From an uncultured Chloroflexia bacterium (GTDB lineage Bacteria; Chloroflexota; Limnocylindria; QHBO01): a stretch of DNA of 64,000 nucleotides. The stretch lies in contig CAWCQX010000011.1 of NCBI GenBank assembly GCA_963797855.1, positions 24,887-88,886 of the forward strand. The letters run 5' to 3'. Both the position numbers and the translations under genes were made by a program. Positions within the stretch are counted from its first letter, which is position 1. Each line of letters begins with the position of its first letter. The notes beneath the pieces are model-generated. The model was not told the origin of the DNA and made no database searches. It saw only the letters and a program-made list of their open reading frames with translations. This document shows, one piece after another, positions 20,739 through 31,570 of the stretch.

Positions 20739-22239
20739 GTGACGAAGACCTACCAGAACCTGATCGGCGGGGACTGGACGCCCGCCGGATCGGGAGCCAC
20801 GTTCACCAGCGTCAGCCCGGCGAACCATGACGACGTCGTCGGCGAGTTCGCGGCCTCGGGGCCGGCGGACGTCGATGCCGCCGTCGCCGCGGCCGCGCGT
20901 GCCTATCCCGGCGTGGAGCGCCATGCCGGCGCCGAAGCGCGGCGAGATCCTGTTCCGCATCGCGCGCCTGCTGGCGGAGCACAAGGAGGAGCTGAGCAAG
21001 CTCATGACGCGCGAGATGGGCAAGGTCCTGCCCGAGGCGCGCGGCGACGTGCAGGAGGCGATCGACGTCGCCTACTACATGGCCGGCGAGGGCCGGCGGC
21101 TCTTCGGCCAGACGGTGCCCTCCGAGATGCCGGACAAGTTCGCGATGGCGATCCGACGGCCGATCGGCGTGGTCGGGATCATCACGCCCTGGAACTTCCC
21201 GGTGGCCATCCCGGGCTGGAAGCTCTTCCCGGCGCTCATCTGCGGCAACACCGCCGTCATCAAGCCCGCGTCGGACACGCCCGCGTGCCTCGTCCGCTTC
21301 GTCGAGCTCCTGCTCGAGGGCGGTCTCCCCGAGGGCGTCGTGAACGTCGTCACCGGCTCCGGGGCGGAGGTCGGCAACGCGATCGTCGACCACCCCGACA
21401 TCCGGGTCATCAGCTTCACCGGCCATACCGATACCGGCGTCGAGATCAGCCGTCGAGCGGCCGAGACGCTGAAGCGCGTCAGCCTCGAGCTGGGCGGCAA
21501 GAACCCGATCGTGATCTGGGAGGACGCGGACCTCGACCTCGCGCTCGACAGCGTCGTCTGGTCGGCGTTCGGCACGTCCGGGCAGCGATGCACCGCGGCG
21601 TCGCGATTGATCGTCCATCGGTCCATCCACGACGACTTCGTCCATCGGCTCCAGCAGCGGGTGGCGAAGCTCGTCCTCGGCGACGGCCTCGACGAGACGA
21701 CCGACGTCGGCCCCGTCATCAACGAGTCGGCCATCGAGCGCATCGCGTCGTACGCGGCGATCGGCCGCACCGAGGCCGATCTCGTCATCGGTGGCCAGCC
21801 CGCGCGCGAGGGTGCGCTCGCGAAGGGCTCGTTCTTCGAGCCGACGATCTTCGCCGAGGTCAAGCCCGACGCGCGGATCGCGCAGGAGGAGATCTTCGGC
21901 CCGGTCACCTCGGTCATCCCGGTCGACACCTGGGACGAGGCGGTGCGCGTGGTCAACGGCGTGAAGTACGGCCTGTCGAGCTCGCTGTTCACGAACGACA
22001 TCGGCCTGGCGTTCCGCTCGATCCGCGACTTCGACACGGGCCTCGGGTACGTGAACCACGGAACGATCGGCGCGGAGGCGCACCTGCCGTTCGGAGGGAC
22101 GAAGGCGACCGGCAATGGCCATCGCGAGGTCGGCCAGGCGTCGCTCGACTTCTTCAGCGAGTGGAAGAGCGTCTACATCGACTACTCCGGCAAGCTCCAG
22201 CGCGCCCAGATCGACATGACGTTCATCGACGAGGGCTGA
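20739..22239 (+). CDS. aldehyde dehydrogenase, ALDH7/aminoadipate-semialdehyde DH-like (frameshift near 20920)
   Basis: A GTG start at 20739 gives VTKTYQNLIGGDWTPAG. ORF 20827..22239 carries ITPWNFPVAIPGWKLFPALICGNTAVIKPAS, LELGGKNPIVIWEDAD, FGTSGQRCTAASR and EEIFGPV. The C-terminus ...VYIDYSGKLQRAQ resembles ALDH7 (from memory). Confidence 0.85.
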
Positions 22240-22248
22240 CACCGGCGA

Positions 22249-22968
22249 TGCAGCTGCCGCTCTTCCCGCTTCACACGGTGCTCTTCCCGCACCTGCCGCT
22301 CCCGCTGCACATCTTCGAGGAGCGCTACCGGGCCATGGCCACGGACCTGATGGCCGACGGCTCGCCGTTCGCCGGCCGGTTCGTCGTGAGCATGATCACC
22401 GAGGGCACCGAGGTCGGTGACGACGCCTCGACCCATGAGATCGGCACGATCTGCGAGGTGCGAACCGCCGAGCAGTTCCCCGATGGCCGCTGGATGCTCA
22501 TCGGCGTCGGGGTCGCGCGCGCTCGCGTCGCGCCCGTCGTCGGGCGCCGGCACGCCGTACCGGCTGGTCGAGGCGACCGAGCTCCCCGAGCCGATCGGCG
22601 ACGGCGCGGCCGCGCAGGTGCCGCGAGCCCAGCACGCGCTCGACGCGTACCTCGCGACCGTGAAACGTTTCGTGGTGCGTGCGGCGTCTGTGGGCCGCAC
22701 TGAACTGCAGGAGCCGAACGACGTGGCCGCATCGCTCGACCGCATGCTCAAGCCGATCCACCTGCCGGACGATCCGGTGGCCGCCAGCTACGCGATCGGC
22801 GGCCTGCTCCAGATCGAGCTCTCGCGAAAGCAGCACCTGCTCGAGATCCCCGATGCCGCCAGCCGCCTGCAGGCCGAGCTCCGCCTCCTCGAGCGCGAGG
22901 CCCGCCTGCTGGACGACGGCGCCATGCCACCGGTGCAGCCCTCGGACATCGGCTACCACCCCAACTAG
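22249..22968 (+). CDS. LON N-terminal (substrate-binding) domain protein (frameshift near 22530)
   Basis: The N-terminus reads MQLPLFPLHTVLFPHLPLPLHIFEERYRAM...GTICEVRTAEQFPDGRWMLIGVG. The C-terminal half lies in ORF 22417..22968. Confidence 0.7.
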
Positions 22969-22972
22969 GCCG

Positions 22973-24107
22973 ATGCGGACGTCACGGCTCACGGGCCTCC
23001 TTGCGCTGCTGCTCGCGCTGTCCGCCTGCGCGGCGCCCGCCGCCACACCCCGGGCGCGACGCCGACGGTCGGGCAGCCCGGCGGAGGGACCTTCTCGCCG
23101 GTTCCCACCGCGTCGGGCGATCCCGGCGCCTCGCCGACGCCGAGCGACGAACCCGACGCGAATCGCCGGCGACCGGGACGACCTACACGGTCAAGGCCGG
23201 TGACAGCCTGTCGAGCATCGCGCGGGCGTTCGCGACGTCGTCCCGGCAGCTCCAGGCCTGGAATGCGGACCGCTACCCGTCGCTCGCGACGAACCCGGGG
23301 ATCATCGAGCCTGGATGGGTCCTGATCGTCAGCGGCGACCCGGGCGTCACCCCGCTCCCGACGCCGACCGCGCCGCGACGCCAACGCCGCCGCCGTCCGG
23401 ATCCGGCTGCAGCGCGAACCAGCGGGTCTCGGCCGGATCGGCCCAGACCTTCCGCACGATCCCCGACGCGGGTCCGGGCGTCGCGCTCACGTTCGACATG
23501 GGTGGACGCATGGATCCGGCGGTCGACATCATGAACTTCCTCGTCGACCACGAGGTCTGCGCCACGATCTTCGCCACCGGCGTCATGAGCCAGACCGACC
23601 AGGGGCGTCAGGTGATGGCGATCATCCGCGACCACCCAGCGGCAGTTCGAGATCGCCAACCACACGATGTACCACTGCGACCTCGCGCGCGGCGGCGGCG
23701 GCTCGCCGACCACGGCTCCGTGCACCGGGACGTTCGACGCCGCCCGCATCCGGGCCGAGCTGACCGATGCCGAGGCCATCCTCCGGGACGGCACCGGCCA
23801 GAGCCCGCAACCGTACTGGCGCCCGCCGTACGGGTCGCTGAGCCAGGCGGTCATCGACGCCGCGGCCGCGGCGGGCTACACGAAGACGTTCCTCTGGGAC
23901 GTCGACACGATCGACTGGAAGCCGATCAGCCAGGGTGGGCCCACGGCCGCGCAGATCGCCGCCAAGGTGATCAACAACTCCGTGAACGGCTCGAACGTCC
24001 TCTTCCACCTCGGCGGCTACGAGACGCTCGACGCCCTCCAGCTCATCGTGCCCGGCCTTCGCGACCGCGGCTTCACGCTGACGAGCCTCTCCGACCTGCT
24101 GAACTAG
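22973..24107 (+). CDS. lipoprotein with LysM domain and NodB-type polysaccharide deacetylase domain (at least three frameshifts)
   Basis: A lipobox is present in MRTSRLTGLLALLLALSAC. The LysM domain reads YTVKAGDSLSSIARAFATSSRQLQAWN. The NodB part reads VALTFDMGG...EIANHTMYHC (shifted)...PYWRPPYGS...VLFHLGG. Confidence 0.75.
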
Positions 24108-24774
24108 CCGATCGGGATCGCCGTCCCCGTCAGGGGTCGGGAGGCCGGCGAGCAGAGATAGACGATCAGGTTGCCGAGGTCGCGCGGCTCGACCCAGGCG
24201 TCGCGCTTCGCGTCGGGCATCGACTCGCGATTGGCGGCCGTGTTCACCGTTCCGGGCAGCACGCAGTTGACCCGAACCCCCGATGGCTTCAGCCCGGCCG
24301 CGAGCGAGAGCGACCACGTCGCGACCGCGGCCTTGGCCGCCGCGTACGGCCCGGCGTTGCGCCCGGGCTTCAGCGCGGTCTGGGCGCCGATCGTGACGAT
24401 CGCCCCGGCCTCGGACTGGCGCAGCTCGGGAAGCGCGGCGAGCACGGACTCGACGGTCGGCCGCAGGCTCGTCGCGATCTGCTTCTCGAAGTCGGCCCAG
24501 CTGAGCTCGTCGAGCGGCGCGCTCGAGTAGCCGCCGGCCAGGCACACGAGCGCATCGAGACCGCCGAGCGCCGCGACCGCGTCGGCGACCATGCCCTGAG
24601 CCGCCTCGGCGTCGGCCAGGTCGGCGCGGACCCAGCTCACCCCGGCCGGCTCATCCGGCGGGTCGTGACGGGAGACGCCGGCGACCCGCCATCCCGCCTC
24701 GAGGAATGCGGCGACGACTCCGCCGCCGGCGCCGCCGGTGGCGCCGGTGATCAGGACGCGGCCCGCATCGGCCA
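24104..24774 (-). CDS. SDR family oxidoreductase
   Basis: It reads MADAGRVLITGATGGAGGGVVAAFLEAGWRV...GPYAAAKAAV..., with the TGxxxGxG and YxxxK motifs. The reading frame is intact from ATG 24772-24774. Confidence 0.8.
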
Positions 24775-24785
24775 TCGTCGAACCG

Positions 24786-26172
24786 TCAGCCGCCGGTCTC
24801 GGCCATGCCGCGCTCCGGGCCGGGCCGCGGCCGGCGAGCGACTCGCCGAAGATCCGGAGGGCGGTGTCGACGGCTGCCGCGTCGACGATCAGCGGCGGGC
24901 TGAAGCGAAGCGAGGACTCGCCGCACTCGAGCGTCAGCAGGCCCCGATGGAAGGCGGCTTCCTGGACGGCCTCTGCCGCCTCGTGGCTGTCGAACTCCAC
25001 GCCGATCATCAGGCCGGTGCCGCGGATGTCGACGACCGCATCGGTCCCGCTCGCGACCTCCTCGAGGCCGTGACGGAGGCGCTCGCCCATGGCCGTGGCG
25101 TTCGAGAGGCCCTCGGACTCGATGACGTCGAGCGTCGCGAGGGCCGCGGCCGCGCAGACCGGGTTGCCCGCGAAGGTCGAGCCATGGGCGCCCGGCGGCC
25201 ACGTCCACAGCGACTCGCGGCCGATGAAGGCGCCGATCGGCATGCCGGAGGCGATGCCCTTGGCAACCGTGACGAGGTCCGGCTCGACGCCGGCGTGCTC
25301 GATCGCCCACCAGCGGCCGGTCCGGCCCATCCCGGACTGGATCTCGTCGGCGATCAGGACGATCCCGTGCTCGTCGCACAGCTCGCGCAGCCCGCGCAGG
25401 AAGCGCGGGCGGGGCAGTGAAGTAGCCGCCCTCGCCCTGGATCGGCTCGACCACGATGGCGGCGACGTCCTTCGGGGAGATCTGGCGGCCGAAGATCGTC
25501 TTGCGCAGGTGCTCGAGCTCGGCGGAGCCATCCCCGCCGGACTGACTCGCGCCAGCCGCGGACGCGCGGGAACGGCGCGTGATGGACCATCGGCAGCAGT
25601 GGCCCGAAGCCGGCCCGCTGCTTGATCTTCGAGTTGGTCAGGGAGAGCGCGCCCATCGTGCGGCCGTGGAAGCCGCCCTCGAACGCGATGATCCCGGGCC
25701 GATGCGTGTGATAGCGGGCGAGCTTGATCGCCCCCTCGACCGCCTCGGTCCCGGAGTTCGTGAGGAAGACGCGGGCCTTCTCGGCGAACGGCGCGATCCC
25801 CGCCAGCCGCTCCATGAGCTCGAGGTAGCGCGGCTCGTAGAAGTCGGTCGCGGCGATGTGGATGAGCCGATCCGCCTGCTCCTTGATCGCCGCGCTCACC
25901 TTCGGATGGGCATGCCCGGTCGAGCAGACGGCGATGCCGGCGGCGAAGTCGAGGAAGCGGTTGCCGTCGACGTCGGTGACGACCATGCCCGACCCGGACT
26001 CCGCGACGAGCGGGTAGGCGCGCGTCAGCGACGGGCTGGCGACGGCCTCGTCGCGGGCGATGATCGCGCGCGCCTTCGGGCCCGGCAGCTCGGTGACGAT
26101 GTGCGGCGCGATCGGCTCCGGGGCAGCCGCAGCTGAGGACGTGGCTTCCATGGTGGTCATGAGGTGGTGCAC
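24786..26172 (-). CDS. class-III aminotransferase (4-aminobutyrate aminotransferase-like; at least two frameshifts)
   Basis: It reads ELPGPKARAIIARDEAVASPS...VVTDVDGNRFLDFAAGIAVCSTGH...TNSGTEAVEGAIKLAR, then VEPIQGEGGY...LIADEIQSGMGRTGRWWA...TVAKGIASGMP...STFAGNPV in other frames. Confidence 0.88.
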
Positions 26173-26226
26173 TCCGTGGTCGGAGCGGCGCGTCCTGCCC
26201 GCGCACCTTGGCTAGATCGACGCATC

Positions 26227-27250
26227 CTAGCAGGCCCGCACGGCGTCTCCGATCAGGCCCGGGCCGGTGTAGATCATCCCGGTCCACAGCTGGACGAGGT
26301 CGGCTCCGGCCTCGATCGCCGCGGCAGCGTCCGCCCCGGAGGCAATCCCGCCCGAGGCGACGATCGCCAGCCGGTCCGAACCGATTCGACGGGCCTCCGC
26401 GACGGCCCCGAGCGTGAGCGGGCCGAGCGGCGCGCCGGAGAGGCCGCCGGTCTCATCGGCCGGCCCGGATCGCAGGCCGACCCGGACCGTCGTCGTGTTG
26501 CTGAGGACCACGCCGCGCGGCGACATCGGTCAGACGCGCGGACGATGTCCGCGCGGCGGTTGTGGGTCAGGTCCGGCGAGAGCTTGACGATGAGCGGCTG
26601 AGCCGGCGCGGCCTCGCGGACCATGGCAAGGAGCTCGTGGAGCCGCTCCGGGTCCTCGAGGTCGCGCAGGCCGGGCGTGTTCGGCGAGCTGACGTTGATG
26701 GCGAGATAGTCGGCCACCGTCGGCGACGGCGCGGGCCGCGGTCGGGTAGTCGTCGACGTCCCCGTCGCGGTTGCGGCCGATGTTGACGCCGACGACGAAG
26801 CCCTCGGGCAGCCGCGGCCGCGCAGCGCGCGATCCGGCTGGGCCAGCGCCTCGGCGCCGGCGTTGTTGAACCCCATGCGGTTGATGAGCGCGCGGTCGCG
26901 CGGCAGGCGGGTGAGCCGTGGGCGCGGATTGCCCTGCCTGCGGACGGGGCGTGACGGTGCCGAGCTCGACGAAGCCGAACCCGAGCGCCGCCCAGCCCTC
27001 GATGGCGATGCCGTCCTTGTCGAATCCCGCGCCGAGCCCGACGCGGTTGCGGAAGCGCAGCCCGATGACCTCCACCGGGTCGCGCGCCGCATCGGCTGCC
27101 CCGACGCCGGACGCGAGGCGGCAGAGCGCCGGCAGGCGTCGTCCGGACGGTCGCCAGCAGGTCGAGGGTCGTGTGATGGATCGCCTCGGCGTCGAACGCG
27201 AAGAGGAGCGGCCGCGCCGCGCGGTAGGCGGTCCGGCGCCAGGCGCTCAT
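26227..27250 (-). CDS. pyrD: dihydroorotate dehydrogenase (quinone), class 2 (multiply frameshifted)
   Basis: Colinear fragments lie in three frames: [20 protein letters not shown]; [18 protein letters not shown]...[15 protein letters not shown]; [12 protein letters not shown]; [19 protein letters not shown]; [10 protein letters not shown]; LSGAPLGPL...[36 protein letters not shown]. Confidence 0.85.
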
Positions 27251-27266
27251 CGATCGCGCGGGGAGC

Positions 27267-27692
27267 TCAGTCGTCGCGGGCGCGAGGGAACGCCATCTCC
27301 TCCGGGTAGACCGGCGGGAGCGTCTCCGACTCGACGTCGGCCGTCCCGTCGTCGGACGCGGGCCGCGACGGGTCCGGGTTCATGAACTCGTGCCAGACCT
27401 CGGTGCCGGCCCCGGGCGGGTCGTCGAGCTCCTTGATGGCAACGATGCCCTCGAAGCGAATCGATCCGGGCCGGCCGTCATCGGTCTCGAAGTCATCCTC
27501 GTACTCGGGCGCCATCTCGACGGCGCGGCCGAGTGCCGCCTCCTCGTCCTCGCCGGCGACGAGGACGACCCGGTCCTCGACCATCGTCGCCGACTCGGGC
27601 TGACCCGCGAGGTACGCGTATCGCAGCTGGACGGCGAACCAGCCGGATGGCTGGACCCCGACCTCGTCCGGGATGCTCACGCGGGTCGTCAT
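27267..27692 (-). CDS. hypothetical acidic protein
   Basis: The ORF is intact from MTTRVSIPDEVGVQPSGWFAVQLRYAYLAGQPES...IRFEGIVAIKELDD. I do not recognise a family with confidence. Confidence 0.4.
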   Translation of the reverse strand: MTTRVSIPDEVGVQPSGWFAVQLRYAYLAGQPESATMVEDRVVLVAGEDEEAALGRAVEMAPEYEDDFETDDGRPGSIRFEGIVAIKELDDPPGAGTEVWHEFMNPDPSRPASDDGTADVESETLPPVYPEEMAFPRARDD

Positions 27693-27705
27693 GGATCGGC
27701 CCCTC

Positions 27706-29272
27706 CTATTGCCCGACGACGGTCTGCGACTGCTCGCGAAGGAACTGCTGGACGTAGTACGGGCCGAGGCCACCCTTGCCGGACGAGCCCGATCCCTTCC
27801 ATCCGCCGAAGCTCTGGATGCCGGGCCAGGCACCGGTCGTGGCGCCCGCGCGCCGGTTCACGTACACGACGCCGGCCTGGATCGTGTCGAGGAAGCGCTG
27901 CACCTCTCCGGGGTCGCGGCTGAAGATGCCGGCGGTCAGCCCGTAGGCCGTGTCGTTCGCCTCTCGAAGCGCCTCGTCGAGCGAGTCGACCTCGCCGACG
28001 ACGAGGAACGGGACGAACAGCTCGTCGCGGAAGAGGCGATGGTCGAGTGGCAGGCCGGTGACGACGGTCGGGGTCGGGAAGTAGCCGCGGCTGTCGTCGA
28101 TGTCGCCGCCGACCTCGATGCGCCCGCCATCGGCCTTCGCCTCGTCGACGGCCGTCGAGAACTTGTCGAGCGCCTTCTGGTTGATGACCGGGCCCATCCA
28201 GTTCTCGCGCTCGGTCGGGTCGCCGACCCGGATGGCCTTCGCCCGCTCGACGAGCCTGTCGACGAACTCGCGCGCGACCGACCGATCGACATAGACCCGG
28301 GAGTTGGCGCTGCACTTCTGGCCGTCGAAGCCGAATGCCGAGCGCATGACACCCTCGGCGGCCTCGTCGAGGTCGGCGTTGCGGGTGACGATCGCCGGGT
28401 TCTTGCCGCCCATCTCGGTGATGATCGGGCGTGGATAGTCCTTCGTGAAGGACCGATACAGCTTCATCCCGACCTCGTAGCTGCCGGTGAACACGAGGCC
28501 GTCGATCCCGGCGTTCTCCTCCAGCTCCGCACCGACCGTCTCGCCGGGCCCGGTGACGAGGTTGAAGACGCCGTCCGGCAGGCCGGCGTCGCGGAGCGCC
28601 TCGCCGAACTTCCAGCCCGAGGAGCGGAGCGTCCGACGAGGGCTTGAGCACGACGGTGTTGCCGGCGATCATCGCGCCGCCGGCGGGGCCGCCGGAGAGC
28701 GCCATCGGGAAGTTGAACGGGCTGATGACGCCGAAGACGCCGTACGGGCGGAGGACCGATCGCGTCTTCTCCGCCGACGACAGCGAGCCCAGCGGCTTCA
28801 CGAAGCCATCGGCCTTCTCGAACTCGTCGCTGTAGTAGCGCAGCAGGTCCGCGGTCTCCTCCACGTCGCCGAGCGCTTCGAGCCGGTTCTTGCCGACCTC
28901 GAGGGCCATGAGCGCCGCGTAGTCGAACTGGCGCTCACTGATCAGCTCGGCGGCGCGGCGCAGGATCGCGAGGCGGTCGCGCCACGGGGTGTCGCGCCAG
29001 GCCGGAGATGCGGCGCGGGCCGCGTCGATCGCATCGCGCACGTCCTGTCGCGTCCCCTTCGGGAAGCGCGCGATGACGAGGTCGCGGTCGATCGGCGATC
29101 GGTCCTCGAACGTCTCGTCGCCGAGGCGCTCCTCGGCCCCGATGATCATCGGGTACGTCCGGCCGAGGTCGGCTCTGGCTCGTGCGAGGGCGGCGTCGAA
29201 CGACGACTGGAGCTCTTCGTTGTCGGCCGAGAGCGTGGCGTAGGTGATCTTCATGCGCGGCGTTGTCGCCAT
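27706..29272 (-). CDS. L-glutamate gamma-semialdehyde (1-pyrroline-5-carboxylate) dehydrogenase (frameshift near 28640)
   Basis: It reads MKITYATLSADNEELQSSFDAAL...VISPFNFPMALSGGPAGGAMIAGNTVVLKPSS, then EMGGKNPAIV...FDGQKCSANSR...GAWPGIQSFGGWKGSGSSGKG. That last block is typical of bacterial P5CDH. Confidence 0.85.
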
Positions 29273-29402
29273 CGGTGCGTCGTACGCCTCCTGCGCTGCG
29301 GAGTGGGGTTCGCGGCCCTCGCGGCGCGCGCCGGCAGTGGCTCGAAGTGAGGGCGGCCATTATCCCACCGCCACTCATCCGATCCGGAAGTTCGGGGGAA
29401 CG

Positions 29403-29443
29403 CCGAAGGCCAGGCTCCGGGGGGAGAAGAGCCTGGCCTTCGG
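29403..29443 (-). terminator. hairpin (15-bp perfect stem) downstream of the methyltransferase operon
   Basis: CCGAAGGCCAGGCTC (29403-29417) pairs with GAGCCTGGCCTTCGG (29429-29443) across an 11-nt loop. It lies about 90 nt after the stop at 29532. There is no U-tract. Confidence 0.45.
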
Positions 29444-29531
29444 ACCGATCGATGATATCCACACCGAACCGCATCCGCAAGGCTGTTTGTGCACGGATTT
29501 CGTCACCGGCGGAGGATGCGGCCACCGATTC

Positions 29532-30236
29532 TCAGGCGGCGGCCTCAGCCGGTGCACGATGGTAGAGGCCGAGGTTCAGGCGCAGGGACGGACGGTGGGG
29601 GGCCATCAGGTAGGCGCGGCCGCGATCGCCGTAGAGGCGCGGAAGGAGCTCATGCGCGAGCTCCGGATCGCTGAGATCGACGCGGGCGTGGACGACCTTG
29701 ATCTTGAATCCGTTCCGCAGCCACCAGCCCGTCCGTCGCTGGGTCGCATCCATCGCGGCCGCGACGACCTCGGGCTCGAGCAGCTGGGCGACGTCGTCGC
29801 GACCGTAGTAGCCGATGGCGACGAGGCGTCCGCCCGGGCGGAGCACGCGCAGCGCCTCCTCGATGGCGGGCAGTGACGAATCCTCGGGGTCGATCCCGGC
29901 GGTGAGGACGACGTCGACCGCTCCGTCGCGCAGCGGCAGGGACGTCGGACCGCCCTCGACGATCCGGATGTTCGGCTGGTGCGCTTCGGCGGCGCGCCGG
30001 CGCGCCTCGGCGAGGAGCTCGGGATCGGCCTCGATGCCGTACGTCCGGCCGGTGCGCCGGGCCAGCAGCATCGGGTAGTGCCCGATCCCCGTGCCGACGT
30101 CCGCGATGCGCTTGCCGCTGAGCGGGACGATCCGTTCGAGGGCGTCGAGCACCTTGCGGTCAGGGTCGATCGCGGCGGTCAGGCGCGCGTGCAGGACGGG
30201 GTCGGCGTCGGTCCAGGGCGGGAGGATGGCCGGCAT
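29532..30236 (-). CDS. class I SAM-dependent methyltransferase
   Basis: The ORF is intact from MPAILPPWTD. The SAM motif reads RIADVGTGIGHYPMLLA, and LRVLRPGGRLV is also present. An ATGA overlap links it to the upstream gene at 30236. Confidence 0.75.
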   Translation of the reverse strand: MPAILPPWTDADPVLHARLTAAIDPDRKVLDALERIVPLSGKRIADVGTGIGHYPMLLARRTGRTYGIEADPELLAEARRRAAEAHQPNIRIVEGGPTSLPLRDGAVDVVLTAGIDPEDSSLPAIEEALRVLRPGGRLVAIGYYGRDDVAQLLEPEVVAAAMDATQRRTGWWLRNGFKIKVVHARVDLSDPELAHELLPRLYGDRGRAYLMAPHRPSLRLNLGLYHRAPAEAAA

Positions 30237-30878
30237 CAGGGCACGTTCACGCGGACCTCGGCCGGCTCGCCATCGGGGAGGGTGAGGATCGCGTTGTCCG
30301 AGAGGATCTGGAGGTCGAAGGCCACCGGTCCGTCCGCCCGTCGGACGACGTCGACCGGGATCGTCAGGGTCGCCTCGGGCATCAGCGGTCCCCAGCCGAG
30401 CGAGACGGTGCCGGCGGGCTCGCCCTCCTCTCCCGGTCCGAGCACCCATTTCGTCCACTCCTGGACGAGCGGCGGCCCGCCATCGGCGATCCGCTGCTCC
30501 GACGGCTCGAACGGCCGCAGGAACAGCGTCCGGTTCAGCTCGCGCGGCCAGCGCAGGACAAGCTCCTCGATCATCTCCGCCGATTCGCTGGTGACCGTGA
30601 CGACGATCTCGCCGCCCTCCGCGTCGACCTGCGGGTCGACCGTCACCGCGACGACGCGGTCATCGCTCTCGCCGGGCAGGTCGAGGCTCAGGGCTTCGGG
30701 CTCAGGCGAGGCCGTCGGCGTGGGCTCGGCGGACTCGGTCGGCGCTCCGGTGGCGGACGGGACGGCGGTCGGCTCCGACGCTCGCGGAAGCGCTTGGCGA
30801 CGGCGTCGGGCTCGAGACGCAGCCGGCCAGGAGGAGCACCGCCAGGCCGATGAGCAGCCCCGCCCGCGATCTCCTCAT
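30236..30878 (-). CDS. putative lipoprotein (frameshifted near its N-terminus)
   Basis: MRRSRAGLLIGLAVLLLAGCVSSPTPSP (lipobox LLAGC) starts at ATG 30876-30878. The body is ORF 30236..30646. The start overlaps the response-regulator stop. Confidence 0.5.
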
Positions 30879-31570
30879 GCCTCGCCCGCGGCGAGCTCGG
30901 GGAGGCGGTTGCGGATGGCATACGCCGCCGCCTGCGACCGGCTCTCGAGCGCCAGCTTGGCGAGGATGTTCGAGACGTAGTTGCGGACCGTCTTCTCGGC
31001 CAGGCCCATGCGGTCGGCGATCTGGCGATTGGAGGCCCCGTCGGCGATGTGCGCCAGCACGCGCCGCTCCTGCTCGGTGAGGTCGACGAACGCGCCGGCC
31101 TCCTCGAGCCGGCCGGCATTGCGGATGCGCTCGAGGACGGGGCGCGTGACCGCCGGATCCAGCAGCGATCCACCCGAGGCGACCGTGCGCACCGCGTCCA
31201 CCAGCTCCCGCGAGCCGATCCGCTTCAGGACGTAGCCGGAGGCGCCGGCGTCGATGGCGTCGAAGAGGGCGTCGGAGTCCGCGTGGCTCGTGAGCATGAT
31301 CACCGGAGTGCCGGGACGAGCCGCCGTGATCGCGCGGCATGCGTCGATCCCCGAGCCGCCCGGCATCCGGATGTCCATGACGACCACGTCGGGGCGATGC
31401 TGCAGCGTGAGCCGGGTCGCCTCGTCGCCGGTCGCCGCCTGTGCGACGACCTCGAAGCCCTCCTGTGCGGCGAGCATGGCAGCGAGGCCGATGCGGACCA
31501 CCTCGTGGTCGTCGGCGATGAGGATGCGGATGGTCGCCGGCGGAGCGGCGGTCTGGGGGGAATCGGTCAT
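30875..31570 (-). CDS. NarL/LuxR-family response regulator
   Basis: The ORF is intact. The receiver domain reads IRILIADDHEVVRIGL...PDVVVMDIRMPG. The HTH reads LTEQERRVLAHIADGASNRQIADRMGLAEKTVRNYVSNILAKL. Confidence 0.92.
   Translation of the reverse strand: MTDSPQTAAPPATIRILIADDHEVVRIGLAAMLAAQEGFEVVAQAATGDEATRLTLQHRPDVVVMDIRMPGGSGIDACRAITAARPGTPVIMLTSHADSDALFDAIDAGASGYVLKRIGSRELVDAVRTVASGGSLLDPAVTRPVLERIRNAGRLEEAGAFVDLTEQERRVLAHIADGASNRQIADRMGLAEKTVRNYVSNILAKLALESRSQAAAYAIRNRLPELAAGEA

Noticed and set aside
19290-22703. Very long ORFs in the six-frame track: 19290..22703 + (1137 aa), 53604..56720 + (1038 aa), 60738..62768 - (676 aa), 12631..14349 -, 7344..9299 -, 24104..26287 - and others.
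   Set aside because: They are Arg/Pro/Ala/Gly-rich shadow frames opposite to or overlapping genes with clear homology. Stop codons are rare in all frames of DNA this GC-rich. Only short stretches of them, where real genes pass through that frame, are coding.
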